A stretch of DNA of 64,000 bases from a virus (lineage: Duplodnaviria; Caudoviricetes), in IMG/VR virus record IMGVR_UViG_3300021426_000001; one strand, written 5' to 3'. The notes under the pieces were generated by a model. That model saw only the letters and a program-made list of their open reading frames with translations. It was not told where the DNA came from and did not search any database. Shown here one piece after another: positions 36,377-45,719 of the stretch (the first letter of the stretch is position 1; the number at the start of each line of letters is the position of its first letter). A program made the translations under genes and the position numbers.

Positions 36377-37794
36377 GTGTGTGTCTCCCTGAACTGCTTG
36401 ATGAACTCTTCCTTCCTCGGCGTCTTCTCGTTCACATTGAAGTACCACTCGAGTCTCTGGTCTGTGTTGTACTCTTGCTCGTTAGCGGCGTTCTTGATGT
36501 CCAAGCAGCGCTTCTCCATGTACTCTTCGAGCGACTTAGTGCCGTAGTGCTCGATGAAGCCGTTCGAGAAGTCTGGCGGAACGACCTGACCAGACATCGG
36601 ATTCTGTGGCTTTCCAGTTGCGCTGAGGCAGGCGTGAGGAGAGCTGATGAGAGCCGAGTGAATGATGTGCTGGCGCATTGGAAGTCCAGTTCTGATCATC
36701 GGCTTGCAGTACCAGTCTTCTGGGAACGGCTGAGCGTACTTCACGTCTGCCGGGCACGGAGTTCTGAATCTCTGACGCACTGGCTTGTCCTCGTACAGGA
36801 CGTGACCGTTGTCGCCGTAGTACATCCAGTTGAACTTGATGATGCTAGCGCAAGCGAACGTGTGGCGGTTCTCAGACATCCACTCCTGAAGTGTCTTTCC
36901 GTTGAGATTCAAGAACTCGTCAGCGTCCAAGAAGAGCATCCAGTCGTAGTCATCGCCGAATGTCTCGTAAGCCCACTTGTAGATTCCAGCTTGGTAGCCC
37001 ATGCTAGCGAGTCTGGTTCTGCCGCGACAGTCGAACTGATGAATGTCGTTGTGAGCGAGATCGTTGAGGCTGTTGAAGACTTGCTCCTGACCAGTCTCTC
37101 CCTCGTCATCGTTGTTGAACACGTAGAAGTGATTGACGCCGAGATTGCGGTAGTACTCTACCCACTCTTTGATGTATCTCTCTTCGTGCTTCATGATTGT
37201 GACGACAGCGAAGCGAGTGCCCTTGAGAACGACTTTCTCGTAGATCTCAAGGAACTTCTTCCATGCCTGGCTCGGATCATCTGCGTTTTCTTCGTAGCGG
37301 CCAAAGCAAGCTACTGGCGCTTCTTCCAAGAGTCCCTGTTCGAACCACATGCGGTCAGCCTTTCTCTCGATGCAGCTGAGAATTCTCTTAGCAGCGTTCA
37401 CATTCATGACGAAGCCGTTGAACCAGCAGACATGCTTATCCTTAGAGACCATCGGTGCGAAGGCGCCAGCGATGTGAGCAGTCTGAGCATTCTCTGCCTT
37501 GGCGAAGTAGAGTTCGCAGTCACGACCGAACTCTCTCTTCCATACGTCTCGGACCATCGGCTGTGCATTGTTCTGCATAGCTGCGCCCTTTGTGTGAAGA
37601 TAGAGAACTGGCTGATCCAGCTGGACTGAGAGGTTAGCTGCCATAGTGAGACCGGGCAGCTCGTAGAGTTCACCAGGCGCTTCTTGTTCGACAGCTATGA
37701 CTTCGTATTTCTTAGAGAGCCACTTGAGCATCTCTTCTTTGATCTTGAGACCTTGCTCGGTCTTGAGAACGCCGAGCACGCATCTTCTCTTCAT
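36367..37794 (-). CDS. two-domain glycosyltransferase (GT2-like/GT92-like C-domain)
   Basis: LYLHTKG; MKHEERYIKEWVEYYRNLGVNHFYVFNND; WMLFLDADEF; HYGTKS. Confidence 0.88.
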   Translation of the reverse strand: MKRRCVLGVLKTEQGLKIKEEMLKWLSKKYEVIAVEQEAPGELYELPGLTMAANLSVQLDQPVLYLHTKGAAMQNNAQPMVRDVWKREFGRDCELYFAKAENAQTAHIAGAFAPMVSKDKHVCWFNGFVMNVNAAKRILSCIERKADRMWFEQGLLEEAPVACFGRYEENADDPSQAWKKFLEIYEKVVLKGTRFAVVTIMKHEERYIKEWVEYYRNLGVNHFYVFNNDDEGETGQEQVFNSLNDLAHNDIHQFDCRGRTRLASMGYQAGIYKWAYETFGDDYDWMLFLDADEFLNLNGKTLQEWMSENRHTFACASIIKFNWMYYGDNGHVLYEDKPVRQRFRTPCPADVKYAQPFPEDWYCKPMIRTGLPMRQHIIHSALISSPHACLSATGKPQNPMSGQVVPPDFSNGFIEHYGTKSLEEYMEKRCLDIKNAANEQEYNTDQRLEWYFNVNEKTPRKEEFIKQFRETHTCR

Positions 37795-37822
37795 AAGTTG
37801 AATTTCCTTTTAAGTTATGCGC

Positions 37823-37830
37823 TATTTATA
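37823..37830 (-). promoter_or_regulatory. T4-type late promoter
   Basis: TATAAATA upstream of glycosyltransferase. Confidence 0.7.
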
Positions 37831-37836
37831 GACTAG

Positions 37837-38439
37837 CTAGACGCCCAACAGATTGCGAATCATAGCGAAGCCCTTGTTTATGCCCTGCTGGGTCTTGAGC
37901 TCCTTCAAGAGATGCTTCACGTCGTTGAGGTGTGCCTTGATGGCTGTGAGATTCTCAGCGTCTGCCTTGTCAGCTACGTCTTGGTCAGTGAGCTTGTCGA
38001 GGTCGATCACGTGATCTGCTGGACGATCCATCGGATCCCAGCTTGACGTGATGACTTGGAACAGCTTGTGGTCTCGTGTAGCGAAGTAGCAACGGTACCA
38101 GTAGCAGTTCGTGCAGTCGTAGTTTTCATTCATGAAGTCAGGGAAGGAGCTGTCGATCTCCTTGCGGAATGCTTCGAAGTCCTTCTTGAAGTCTTCCCAG
38201 ATCTGAAGATCTTCGTCTTTGTCGTCGTGACCGTAAGGATACGGATCTAGAACGTGTCTGTCTTCGTAGTGGTTGAAGTTCTCCATCTTCTCGTAGAGAT
38301 CCGAGAACCACATGTAGCTCCATTCGTCCATTCCGCCGTCTTCGTCGCCCTGCTTGCATGCGCCGAGGAAGATATACTTGTCGCTCGGCTTTCCATACTT
38401 GCTGAATAGAGAGTCGATCATGTTAGTGTACTTGTTCAT
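37837..38439 (-). CDS. acidic hypothetical protein
   Basis: 200 aa. Confidence 0.8.
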   Translation of the reverse strand: MNKYTNMIDSLFSKYGKPSDKYIFLGACKQGDEDGGMDEWSYMWFSDLYEKMENFNHYEDRHVLDPYPYGHDDKDEDLQIWEDFKKDFEAFRKEIDSSFPDFMNENYDCTNCYWYRCYFATRDHKLFQVITSSWDPMDRPADHVIDLDKLTDQDVADKADAENLTAIKAHLNDVKHLLKELKTQQGINKGFAMIRNLLGV

Positions 38440-38749
38440 CTGCGAACAGCTCCTTGTACTTGTTCATAAAAGCTTCGATAGATAGAGCGATTGGGAAGTA
38501 TGCCTGTTCCTTCTTGCAGTCTTCGTAGATCTCCTTGACCTTTCCGAATGCACCGAGCTTGATGCAGAACGCTACACGATTCGGAAGCGGTAGAGTAGCA
38601 ATTATCTCTTCGAACTGTGGACTCTTGTGAAACTCTTTGATGACTTCCCTTGGTGGATGCACTGGATCACAGCCGGGATGATTCTTGTCTAAGAACTCGT
38701 GCCACTTTTCTCTGGCTATTTGTCCATTGCGTTTCTTTTCTTCTATCAT
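38423..38749 (-). CDS. hypothetical protein
   Basis: Start MIEEK downstream of promoter, AGGA RBS. Confidence 0.75.
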   Translation of the reverse strand: MIEEKKRNGQIAREKWHEFLDKNHPGCDPVHPPREVIKEFHKSPQFEEIIATLPLPNRVAFCIKLGAFGKVKEIYEDCKKEQAYFPIALSIEAFMNKYKELFADEQVH

Positions 38750-38779
38750 GTCTATTCCTTGTTGAAGTTTTGCATATAC

Positions 38780-38818
38780 AATATAGGAAAAGAGCACGGC
38801 TTTGTAAACCGTGCTCTT
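38780..38818 (-). promoter_or_regulatory. early promoter within stem-loop
   Basis: TTTACA-N17-TATATT; AAGAGCACGG/CCGTGCTCTT. Confidence 0.85.
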
Positions 38819-38844
38819 AAAAGTTCAGGAAAATTTACAGAAGT

Positions 38845-39192
38845 CTATGGAGCATCAGTAGCTTCTGGTGCGACTTGCGACTCGGCTTTAGCCTTCTCTT
38901 CCTCTGCGACTTCCTTCTCCATAGCAGCAGTGAGCTTCTTGGACGGATAGAAGACGACGTTGTCAGCGTCTACGATCTTCGCGAAGATAGGGACGATCTT
39001 GCCCTCTATAGACACGAAAGCCATAGCGTTCACGACGAAGTCTTCGCCAGCAGAGACTGCGAACGGGAACGGGAACACTGACTTTCTGTCTGGATCGTTC
39101 ACCATCTTCATCATCTCGCTGTAGCTGAGCATCTTCTTCTCTACGAGAGCCATCAGCTTCTTGTTCTCTTCTTGTGTCAGATTGTCTGGCAT
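38845..39192 (-). CDS. hypothetical protein
   Basis: GGAG RBS before MPDNLT. Confidence 0.75.
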   Translation of the reverse strand: MPDNLTQEENKKLMALVEKKMLSYSEMMKMVNDPDRKSVFPFPFAVSAGEDFVVNAMAFVSIEGKIVPIFAKIVDADNVVFYPSKKLTAAMEKEVAEEEKAKAESQVAPEATDAP

Positions 39193-39194
39193 TG

Positions 39195-39425
39195 TCAATT
39201 CTCCATGTACTTGATGCCCTGATAGTCGCATCCGAGACTGTTTCTAGCTGTCTCGACTCCCTTCAGAGCGGTGTTCTGGCAGACCTGTTCAGGCCAGCCC
39301 TCGGATCTGCACTCGCCGAAGATCGCGTTTCCGAACTGCTGCAGGGCCTGATCTTTGTCAGTTCCCAGATAGTAGATCTTGGTGTCGTCTTCTTCGTGCT
39401 TATAGACTAGGTATGCTTTATTCAT
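39195..39425 (-). CDS. hypothetical protein
   Basis: GAGG RBS before MNKAYL. Confidence 0.7.
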   Translation of the reverse strand: MNKAYLVYKHEEDDTKIYYLGTDKDQALQQFGNAIFGECRSEGWPEQVCQNTALKGVETARNSLGCDYQGIKYMEN

Positions 39426-39853
39426 TTGAAAACCTCGAAAGGTAGCTTCTCTTTGACGCAGTTCTTGAGCCCCTCCCACTTGATGAGTCTCGTGGTAGAG
39501 TTAGTGTCGGTGATGTGGCCGATGAGCAGAGTCTCTGGATCGATAGCGTCTTCATCTACGAGATAGACTTTGATCACGCCGTTCAAGAGTCCGATCTGGC
39601 CATCTTCCTTCATCGGTGTGAAGATCGGACAAGCAGCGCCGAGAATAGTTCCGATGAGCGGACCACAGATGATAGTGTCGCCGCAATATCCACAAGCTGG
39701 CTGGATGTTGTTCGACTCCATGATGATCTTCGCTACGAAAGATCCTATTCTCTGCTGTGACCATTTTCCGATGTCATCTTCACATGTAGAAGTGTACTTG
39801 ATGACAGGAGCAGCGTAGCTGAGTCGCTCTACATCGCATTTTAAGTATTTCAT
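39422..39853 (-). CDS. fragment resembling C-terminal part of T4 gp23-type major capsid protein
   Basis: KIIMESNNI...GDTIICGP...GLLNGVIKVYL...LLIGH versus gp23-type ANxI..GNxIICS..GxLNGxxKVYID..xxVGY. Confidence 0.55.
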   Translation of the reverse strand: MKYLKCDVERLSYAAPVIKYTSTCEDDIGKWSQQRIGSFVAKIIMESNNIQPACGYCGDTIICGPLIGTILGAACPIFTPMKEDGQIGLLNGVIKVYLVDEDAIDPETLLIGHITDTNSTTRLIKWEGLKNCVKEKLPFEVFK

Positions 39854-39870
39854 AGTTGTACCTCTCTCAG

Positions 39871-40302
39871 TTAAAATAGGATCTTTTTGAGCTTCTCTAA
39901 AAAGCTGAGCTTCTTCTGCTTGATCTCTATTGGGTCACGTTTTGGAGGTACATACTTTGGAACATCCTTCCATGCTGCATCTACAGCCTGACCATCTGAG
40001 GGATTAGCAGCAGTCTGGCCGCAGAATCCAGTCTCTTCTGGCGGATCGGGATCATAGACGATCTTTCCAGTAGGAACAACTCGGACTTGAACGAGAACGC
40101 AGTCTTTAGTGTTCTCTGGATCTGACTCTTTGATGGCCATCAAGCGCTTCTTAGCGAGACCGAAGTCGACATCTAAGACGACAGAGTCATCTAGCTCTCT
40201 AGGAGATCCGTCTTTACTATTAGACACGAGAGTGACTATCGTGTCTGATTTTCCTCTTCTTCCGATCGTATATAGCGGTAGATTGTCAAGCATCGCTGCC
40301 AT
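39871..40302 (-). CDS. hypothetical protein
   Basis: 143 aa; DAAWKDVPKYVP. Confidence 0.75.
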   Translation of the reverse strand: MAAMLDNLPLYTIGRRGKSDTIVTLVSNSKDGSPRELDDSVVLDVDFGLAKKRLMAIKESDPENTKDCVLVQVRVVPTGKIVYDPDPPEETGFCGQTAANPSDGQAVDAAWKDVPKYVPPKRDPIEIKQKKLSFLEKLKKILF

Positions 40303-40313
40303 TTTCAGTTCTC

Positions 40314-40565
40314 CTATAGTCTCGGTCCGTCGTAGTTGACTGGAGAGATGTTCTTGATTCCGATGGTCGTCTTCGGCTTCTCTTCTCTTCTTTCTTCTCG
40401 TTCTCTGAATATGATGTAGGAGTTCTTCGACTTGATTTCTTCACGGATCTTCGACGCCATTTTTCCGATCTTCCTAGAGATCAAGTTGTCGATCTCGGAC
40501 TCGGTTGCTCCGTCTGGAATTTCGAGACTGTCAGTGAATGTGTACTCAAAGCTTAGTTTTCTCAT
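40314..40565 (-). CDS. hypothetical protein
   Basis: 83 aa. Confidence 0.7.
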   Translation of the reverse strand: MRKLSFEYTFTDSLEIPDGATESEIDNLISRKIGKMASKIREEIKSKNSYIIFREREERREEKPKTTIGIKNISPVNYDGPRL

Positions 40566-40914
40566 TGTTCATGACCTCTAGTTCAAGGTTCAAGCTGTCT
40601 GCTCTATATCTATACCACTTCTGCTGACAGAGAATAGTCTTCATGTCCGGGCACTCGTGTAGAAGATTCTCACGACTGATGCTCTTCTTGTGTTCGAGAT
40701 GAGCACGATCGAGCTTGTCGCCGAAGAGGCCGTTGATCGTAGCCATTCCGCCACCGCCGCTGACAGCTAGGAAGAGAACGACTGCTGACCAGATCTTCTC
40801 TACTCTCCTGCTGAACTTCTTGATAGAGTCGATGAGACAGCCCACCGCGAAGATGAGCAAGCAGAGTAGCAGACCTGCAGCGAAGATAGTCTCGTAGTTC
40901 AGAATATTGCTCAT
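40546..40914 (-). CDS. two-TM membrane protein
   Basis: Two hydrophobic segments. Confidence 0.75.
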   Translation of the reverse strand: MSNILNYETIFAAGLLLCLLIFAVGCLIDSIKKFSRRVEKIWSAVVLFLAVSGGGGMATINGLFGDKLDRAHLEHKKSISRENLLHECPDMKTILCQQKWYRYRADSLNLELEVMNNEKTKL

Positions 40915-41543
40915 TATTTCTCCTCTGTGTAGATTTTTCGGATTGCGTATCCGAGACGAACAGGTCCGTCTATTGGTTCGACAGAGACTAGCTGGGAAGC
41001 GAGAGTGCCTGGAGCAGGTCTCTTGTCTTTCTTCTCTTTTGCCTTCTTGTTGGAATCTTCTGGCATCGGGACGGATTCCATTGCTTTCGCCATAAGCATC
41101 GGTTTCCAGGGCTTTTTGAGCAAGGCTGTAGGGATATCCGGGAGCTTGCCCATGTTCGCTCTAGCACGCTCCTGCATCTTCCTACGGTGCATCCTGAGTT
41201 CAGCTTCCCAGACGCCTAGAGCCTTCCAGTCATTCTTGAAGATAGCTCTGTTCCCGTCGATCTCGACGATGCAGAAAGACGGCTGTCGGAACGTTTCTGG
41301 CTTTCCTGCGTAGACTGGAGCCCATGCCACGTTGCCCCAAGTGTTGGTCTCCACAAATGAGAGCTTTCCGGGCTCGTCAGACTCTACGACGTCCCAGTGC
41401 CAGCCCTCCATGAAGCCGTGAACGACAACGAAGTTCGCTGGCATCTGATTGCCGAGTCTATCTTCGAGCCAGACTTCCTTCTCGCCCTCGTTCTTGTAGA
41501 GGTTTCGAAGGAACTCGACACGGTAGTAATTAGGAATTCTCAT
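40914..41543 (-). CDS. hypothetical protein with C-terminal gp23-like peptide
   Basis: PGTLASQLVSVEPIDGPVRLGYAIRKIY. Confidence 0.7.
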   Translation of the reverse strand: MRIPNYYRVEFLRNLYKNEGEKEVWLEDRLGNQMPANFVVVHGFMEGWHWDVVESDEPGKLSFVETNTWGNVAWAPVYAGKPETFRQPSFCIVEIDGNRAIFKNDWKALGVWEAELRMHRRKMQERARANMGKLPDIPTALLKKPWKPMLMAKAMESVPMPEDSNKKAKEKKDKRPAPGTLASQLVSVEPIDGPVRLGYAIRKIYTEEK

Positions 41544-42405
41544 TGTTCTTGACCTTCTCTTCGGCTGCAGCTCGAATCTCGTCGATCACAGACTTGTGCT
41601 CAAGGTTCTTAGCTTCGCGGTTGAGCTTAGCTTCATGCATAGTCTCAAAAGAAGTGTAGCTTCTTGTGACTGTTTCTGGATAGTCGAACTGAATGTCACG
41701 GACTTTCTTCTCAGCAGTAGAAGAAGTGTTAATAGAGTCGTTAGCCATGCAGCTGATCAAGTATTCGCGGTACTCGTTCAGATACTTGAGATTGAGAGGC
41801 TTGAGATGTTCGATGATCGCGTTGAGACGATCAGGACGAACGACTGTCTCGATGATGAAGTCGTAGCCAGTCCAGCGTAGCTTCGAGAACTGCGGCATCA
41901 AGAGGGTCTTGTCTGTAGTAGCGATATATGCTCTGAGATTTTCGAGAGCCTTGTAGTACTTGTCGCACCAGTCAGTGAGGTTATTGACGTCATGAATGTC
42001 AGTCATGTACTGCTTGTTGAGGTATTTCACTCGTTCGTGTGTGGTCTTGCCGTCATAGTAGCACTTTCCGAGATCGACCTGATAGAATCCAGTCTGGTCG
42101 ATGAAAGCAACCATTGCGCAGTTGTGGATGCCGATAGAGCACTCACGTTCATAGTTGCTGGAGTAGATGAAGAACTTGCTCAAGAGAGGAGTGCCGTCGA
42201 AGAGCTTAGCTTCGACCAGATCTTGGAGAATCGCCAATCCGTTGGGATTGTATCGTCTCGATGCCATGAAGGAGCAGAATCTCTGAACCTGGCCGACATC
42301 GAACATAGAGCTCTTGAGCTGACCGATAGCTCTAGATGCGAGCTCGTTCCATTCTTTTTCCTTTCTCTCTTCTTCTTTCTTTGCCTTTGACTTAAAGAAC
42401 AGCAT
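41530..42405 (-). CDS. hypothetical protein
   Basis: 291 aa. Confidence 0.85.
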   Translation of the reverse strand: MLFFKSKAKKEEERKEKEWNELASRAIGQLKSSMFDVGQVQRFCSFMASRRYNPNGLAILQDLVEAKLFDGTPLLSKFFIYSSNYERECSIGIHNCAMVAFIDQTGFYQVDLGKCYYDGKTTHERVKYLNKQYMTDIHDVNNLTDWCDKYYKALENLRAYIATTDKTLLMPQFSKLRWTGYDFIIETVVRPDRLNAIIEHLKPLNLKYLNEYREYLISCMANDSINTSSTAEKKVRDIQFDYPETVTRSYTSFETMHEAKLNREAKNLEHKSVIDEIRAAAEEKVKNNENS

Positions 42406-42818
42406 TAGTTGCCTCCCTTGATGAGTTTGATGATTGTTTCGACCGCTTCCTGATGTGGAAGCGGAGTGCGTTCAGTGACGCGACTGTTGTCTTTGAAGAC
42501 GCTTACGGAGAACTTGTCTGCGAGGAATCCGTTGTTGAGTGCTGGATCCACCATCTTGATGATCGTGATCATCCAGTCGGGCTTGATGTAGAGCGTAGCC
42601 ATCACGCAGTCAAGTCCGCATCCGACTCCGAGCTCTACCAAGCAGTCTTTGATGGGAAGAACGCATGCGTAGTCGCGAATTGTGTTGAATGCGGGTTCGA
42701 ACTTGCTCTTGTCAAGCTCTGGACGAGTGTAGAAGTTCTTTCGGAATTCGGCGTCGAGAATCTTCTTGCTCTGGTGAATGTAGGGATTAGTCTCCCTGGC
42801 TTTTGGACCTCTCTTCAT
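42405..42818 (-). CDS. hypothetical protein
   Basis: 137 aa downstream of promoter. Confidence 0.8.
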   Translation of the reverse strand: MKRGPKARETNPYIHQSKKILDAEFRKNFYTRPELDKSKFEPAFNTIRDYACVLPIKDCLVELGVGCGLDCVMATLYIKPDWMITIIKMVDPALNNGFLADKFSVSVFKDNSRVTERTPLPHQEAVETIIKLIKGGN

Positions 42819-42840
42819 TGAGTCTCCTGTTTTTGTGGAA

Positions 42841-42880
42841 AATATACAACAAATTCTGGATCTTGTAAACCCAGAATTTG
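42841..42880 (-). promoter_or_regulatory. early promoter within stem-loop
   Basis: TTTACA-N17-TATATT; CAAATTCTGG/CCAGAATTTG. Confidence 0.85.
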
Positions 42881-42890
42881 AACTTTTTTC

Positions 42891-43169
42891 TTATTTCCAC
42901 TCTTCAGGCTTGAATCCGTACTGCGAGAAGAACCTGTAGTAGTGCCAGCGCGCAGTCTCTAGCTCTCTAGCTTCCTCATACTGTTTCTGTGTAGAGAAAC
43001 ATGTGATCTTGCCGTCGTAGTTTAGAATGCTGCCTTGCGGATCTCTTGCGATGACATATCGATTCAGCTGCTTGTTCCATACACACGGACGAGTTGCAGA
43101 AATGATAGGGCCTTTCGCAGCAGCGATCTGTCTGAGAAAGTTGCCAGGAAGTTTTTTCAAAGTTACCAC
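42891..43169 (-). CDS. hypothetical protein
   Basis: 92 aa; start uncertain. Confidence 0.6.
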   Translation of the reverse strand: MVTLKKLPGNFLRQIAAAKGPIISATRPCVWNKQLNRYVIARDPQGSILNYDGKITCFSTQKQYEEARELETARWHYYRFFSQYGFKPEEWK

Positions 43170-43351
43170 CAGAAGAACCCTCCGACTACGAGAACGGCTA
43201 CTATCATGATCACTACCGAGACTACGATAGCGAAGTCTCTGTCTGAGCCCAGGTAGCCAGATGCTGAGCTAGATGTGAGAATCCATACTCCGAGAATCAC
43301 TCCCAGAGCTATGAGAATTATCCACGGAAGAGATAGTGTTACGCTGATCAA
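43163..43351 (-). CDS. small two-TM protein
   Basis: Ends GGFFWW. Confidence 0.7.
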   Translation of the reverse strand: MISVTLSLPWIILIALGVILGVWILTSSSASGYLGSDRDFAIVVSVVIMIVAVLVVGGFFWW

Positions 43352-43680
43352 TTTATGATCTCCCTGCTGCGAGACTTTCCACGGTAGCCCTGAGGCTCGT
43401 CTTCTTGGATAGCCTGGTCGCTGAAGTTGATGAGACAGATCTGTCCCTTTCCGTTGATGAAGCAGAAGCGGTTGATTACGCTGCCGTCGTCTTGCTTCTG
43501 AAGGACGCAGTGAGTCGCGATCATCTCTTGTCCGTCAGCTCCGATTCCGACTCTCATCGAACACGGAAGCGGGAACACGAAGACATCATCGCTCTTCGGA
43601 ATGCCCTTCTTGAAGTCCTTGCAGCTCACCAGCTGGTTGACTGCTATCCTCTTGTTTTCCTTGATCTGTTTCTTTGCCAT
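43348..43680 (-). CDS. hypothetical protein
   Basis: 110 aa, AGGA RBS. Confidence 0.75.
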   Translation of the reverse strand: MAKKQIKENKRIAVNQLVSCKDFKKGIPKSDDVFVFPLPCSMRVGIGADGQEMIATHCVLQKQDDGSVINRFCFINGKGQICLINFSDQAIQEDEPQGYRGKSRSREIIN

Positions 43681-43769
43681 TTGTGTTCCTTTCGTATCCG
43701 AGATCTGACATGCCGCTGAGCAAGTTCTTGAGCTCTGTCAAGATCTCTGCGTTCGCTTTTTTCTGTTTC

Positions 43770-44096
43770 TTAGTTATTCGTTGCTTTCGGCTCATAAGTC
43801 GTCTTGTCCGTCATCCCATACATCAGCTGGGTCTGCTTGATGAGATACCCGTTCTCTGCCAGCGCCTGAATGAACTGAGCGAGACAGTCCTCATCCTTGA
43901 GATAGGCGCCTTCTCTGTATGGCTCTTTGCATCTGACCTCGCCATTCTGCGCTATCATCTCTATATCATTTACAGACTTTCTCTTGTGAAAGATTATAGA
44001 GAGCTGAGCACGGTCGAAGTAGTACCGAGCCATCTCAGGCTTCTGGAAGTCTGGATAGTGCTCTTTGATTAGCTTAACTATAGTAGTCGGAGTCAT
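43770..44096 (-). CDS. hypothetical protein
   Basis: Start MTPTT (ORF open to 44147). Confidence 0.65.
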   Translation of the reverse strand: MTPTTIVKLIKEHYPDFQKPEMARYYFDRAQLSIIFHKRKSVNDIEMIAQNGEVRCKEPYREGAYLKDEDCLAQFIQALAENGYLIKQTQLMYGMTDKTTYEPKATNN

Positions 44097-44162
44097 TCCA
44101 TTACACCTTGATGTTAACGTGTTCAACAATGTACTTATCCATGTCAAAATTCTGATCTCACG

Positions 44163-45221
44163 TTAGGACTTGAAAGCATCAGTTTTTCTCTCTAGATGCT
44201 CAGCGAGATAGACGCCGAGGTCATAGACGGTCACGAGGTTCTTGAAGTCCTCGATCTCGTAGGACTTCTTGTTGCCGAAGAGATTGTAAGCGTCTTTCAT
44301 GAGATTCACGAAATCACTCACCTGCATAGAGTAACGTAGAATGTACTCGGTCGTGATCAAATCTCGCTGAACATGATCGTGATAGACGAGCCAGTCAACG
44401 ATGAACTTGAAGTACGGAGTTCCGTCTGCTGGCTTCTCTTCTGTATCTTTAACATTGGTCAGAGTGTGGTTTTTGAAATACATCACAAGCCCGCCAACTG
44501 TATGCAGAAAGTCCATTATCTCATTGACGAAGGAATCACCATTTTGGCCGAACTTGGCAAATGTCGACGTCATAAGATCCAAATAGTCTGACTGCGTAAG
44601 TTCTAGCTTAGATAGCTCGGTTTTGTCGAAGTCTTTAGTGTCGAAGATGGAGATATTGCCCAATACTTTGCGACAATGTTCCTGCAGCCAAGATCTTACG
44701 AAGGCTCCGACCGAGTCATCTTCTTCAACTTCTACCTTGTCGCCGACAGCCTCTTCGTTAGCGAGATCTGGCCAGTCAGCTATGCTCTTATTGAATGTCT
44801 CCATCGGAGCAGCTCTGAGATCGGGAACTCCAGCAGCGTCCATCATTTCTTGAATATTCTGCTCTACCTCTTCGAGATCCTTCATAGGTGTACCAGCGAA
44901 GCCAGGAATAGCTTGGATCTTCTCATCAGTAACTGGAGTAGGTTCGATGTCCATGCCCTGAACTGCCGTGACTCGGGCAATTCCAGTCTTCTTTGCTAGT
45001 TCTGCCTCTTTCTTGATCTTCTCTCTGGCATCGAGTCGTTCGATGACAGCATCTGCGTGACCGAACTCACGAAAGAAGTTGAAAGCTTCTTCGAAGCCGA
45101 GCTCGAAGCCCTGCTGGAACTTAGCGTCTGGCTTGTCGCATACGGACTCCATCTTGAGAATCGCCATGCGAGTACCCATCGCGTGAATCATCGCTCTTGT
45201 GAACTGATTTTCAAAATCCAT
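44163..45221 (-). CDS. protein with two degenerate ACP-like C-terminal repeats
   Basis: SDYLDLM..FAKFG..LHTVGGLVMYFKNH and SDFVNLM..YNLFG..LVTVYDLGVYLAEH. Confidence 0.65.
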   Translation of the reverse strand: MDFENQFTRAMIHAMGTRMAILKMESVCDKPDAKFQQGFELGFEEAFNFFREFGHADAVIERLDAREKIKKEAELAKKTGIARVTAVQGMDIEPTPVTDEKIQAIPGFAGTPMKDLEEVEQNIQEMMDAAGVPDLRAAPMETFNKSIADWPDLANEEAVGDKVEVEEDDSVGAFVRSWLQEHCRKVLGNISIFDTKDFDKTELSKLELTQSDYLDLMTSTFAKFGQNGDSFVNEIMDFLHTVGGLVMYFKNHTLTNVKDTEEKPADGTPYFKFIVDWLVYHDHVQRDLITTEYILRYSMQVSDFVNLMKDAYNLFGNKKSYEIEDFKNLVTVYDLGVYLAEHLERKTDAFKS

Positions 45222-45634
45222 TACTTGTTCTCTCCGTTCTTGAGTTCGTCAATGACTCGCTGGCACTCTTCCTTAGCCACTTCTTCGCCCATCTTGCGGA
45301 GAAGTTCGTCGCCAGGGTTGTCTTCCTTCGGCTGGTCTGGAGTAATGGTCAGATAGACCTTGTTTACTGCGACGCCAGAGTTGAAGATTGCGTCAACGAT
45401 CTTGCGGAGGTGATCTTCGTCGGTGATGTCTGTCGTGGTCATGAAGCGCTTGTAGTGCATTCTGCCTCCCTCTTCAAGACAGAGCCACTCTTCAGTCCAC
45501 GGACCAGAGCTGCCAGTGCCGAATGTGATGCCCACGCTCGAGATCTTGTCAGTGAAATCTCTCACTCGTTCGAAGTCGATCTTGATGAGCGGGAACTTCT
45601 CGATTACGATGTTCAAAAATTCCTTTGGATTCAT
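45221..45634 (-). CDS. hypothetical protein
   Basis: 137 aa downstream of promoter. Confidence 0.8.
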   Translation of the reverse strand: MNPKEFLNIVIEKFPLIKIDFERVRDFTDKISSVGITFGTGSSGPWTEEWLCLEEGGRMHYKRFMTTTDITDEDHLRKIVDAIFNSGVAVNKVYLTITPDQPKEDNPGDELLRKMGEEVAKEECQRVIDELKNGENK

Positions 45635-45656
45635 CTATTCCTCTTTGTTTTTATAA

Positions 45657-45693
45657 AATATAGGAAAAGCGCACAGCTTCGTAAACCGTGCGC
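45657..45693 (-). promoter_or_regulatory. early promoter within stem-loop
   Basis: TTTACG-N17-TATATT; GCGCAC/GTGCGC. Confidence 0.75.
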
Positions 45694-45719
45694 ATCAATT
45701 ATTTCAGAAAGTTTACAAA

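Noticed and set aside
36352-37629. Long plus-strand ORFs (also 61607-62668, 11624-12337, 5497-6141)
   Set aside because: Antisense shadows of well-supported minus-strand genes; no motifs or RBS
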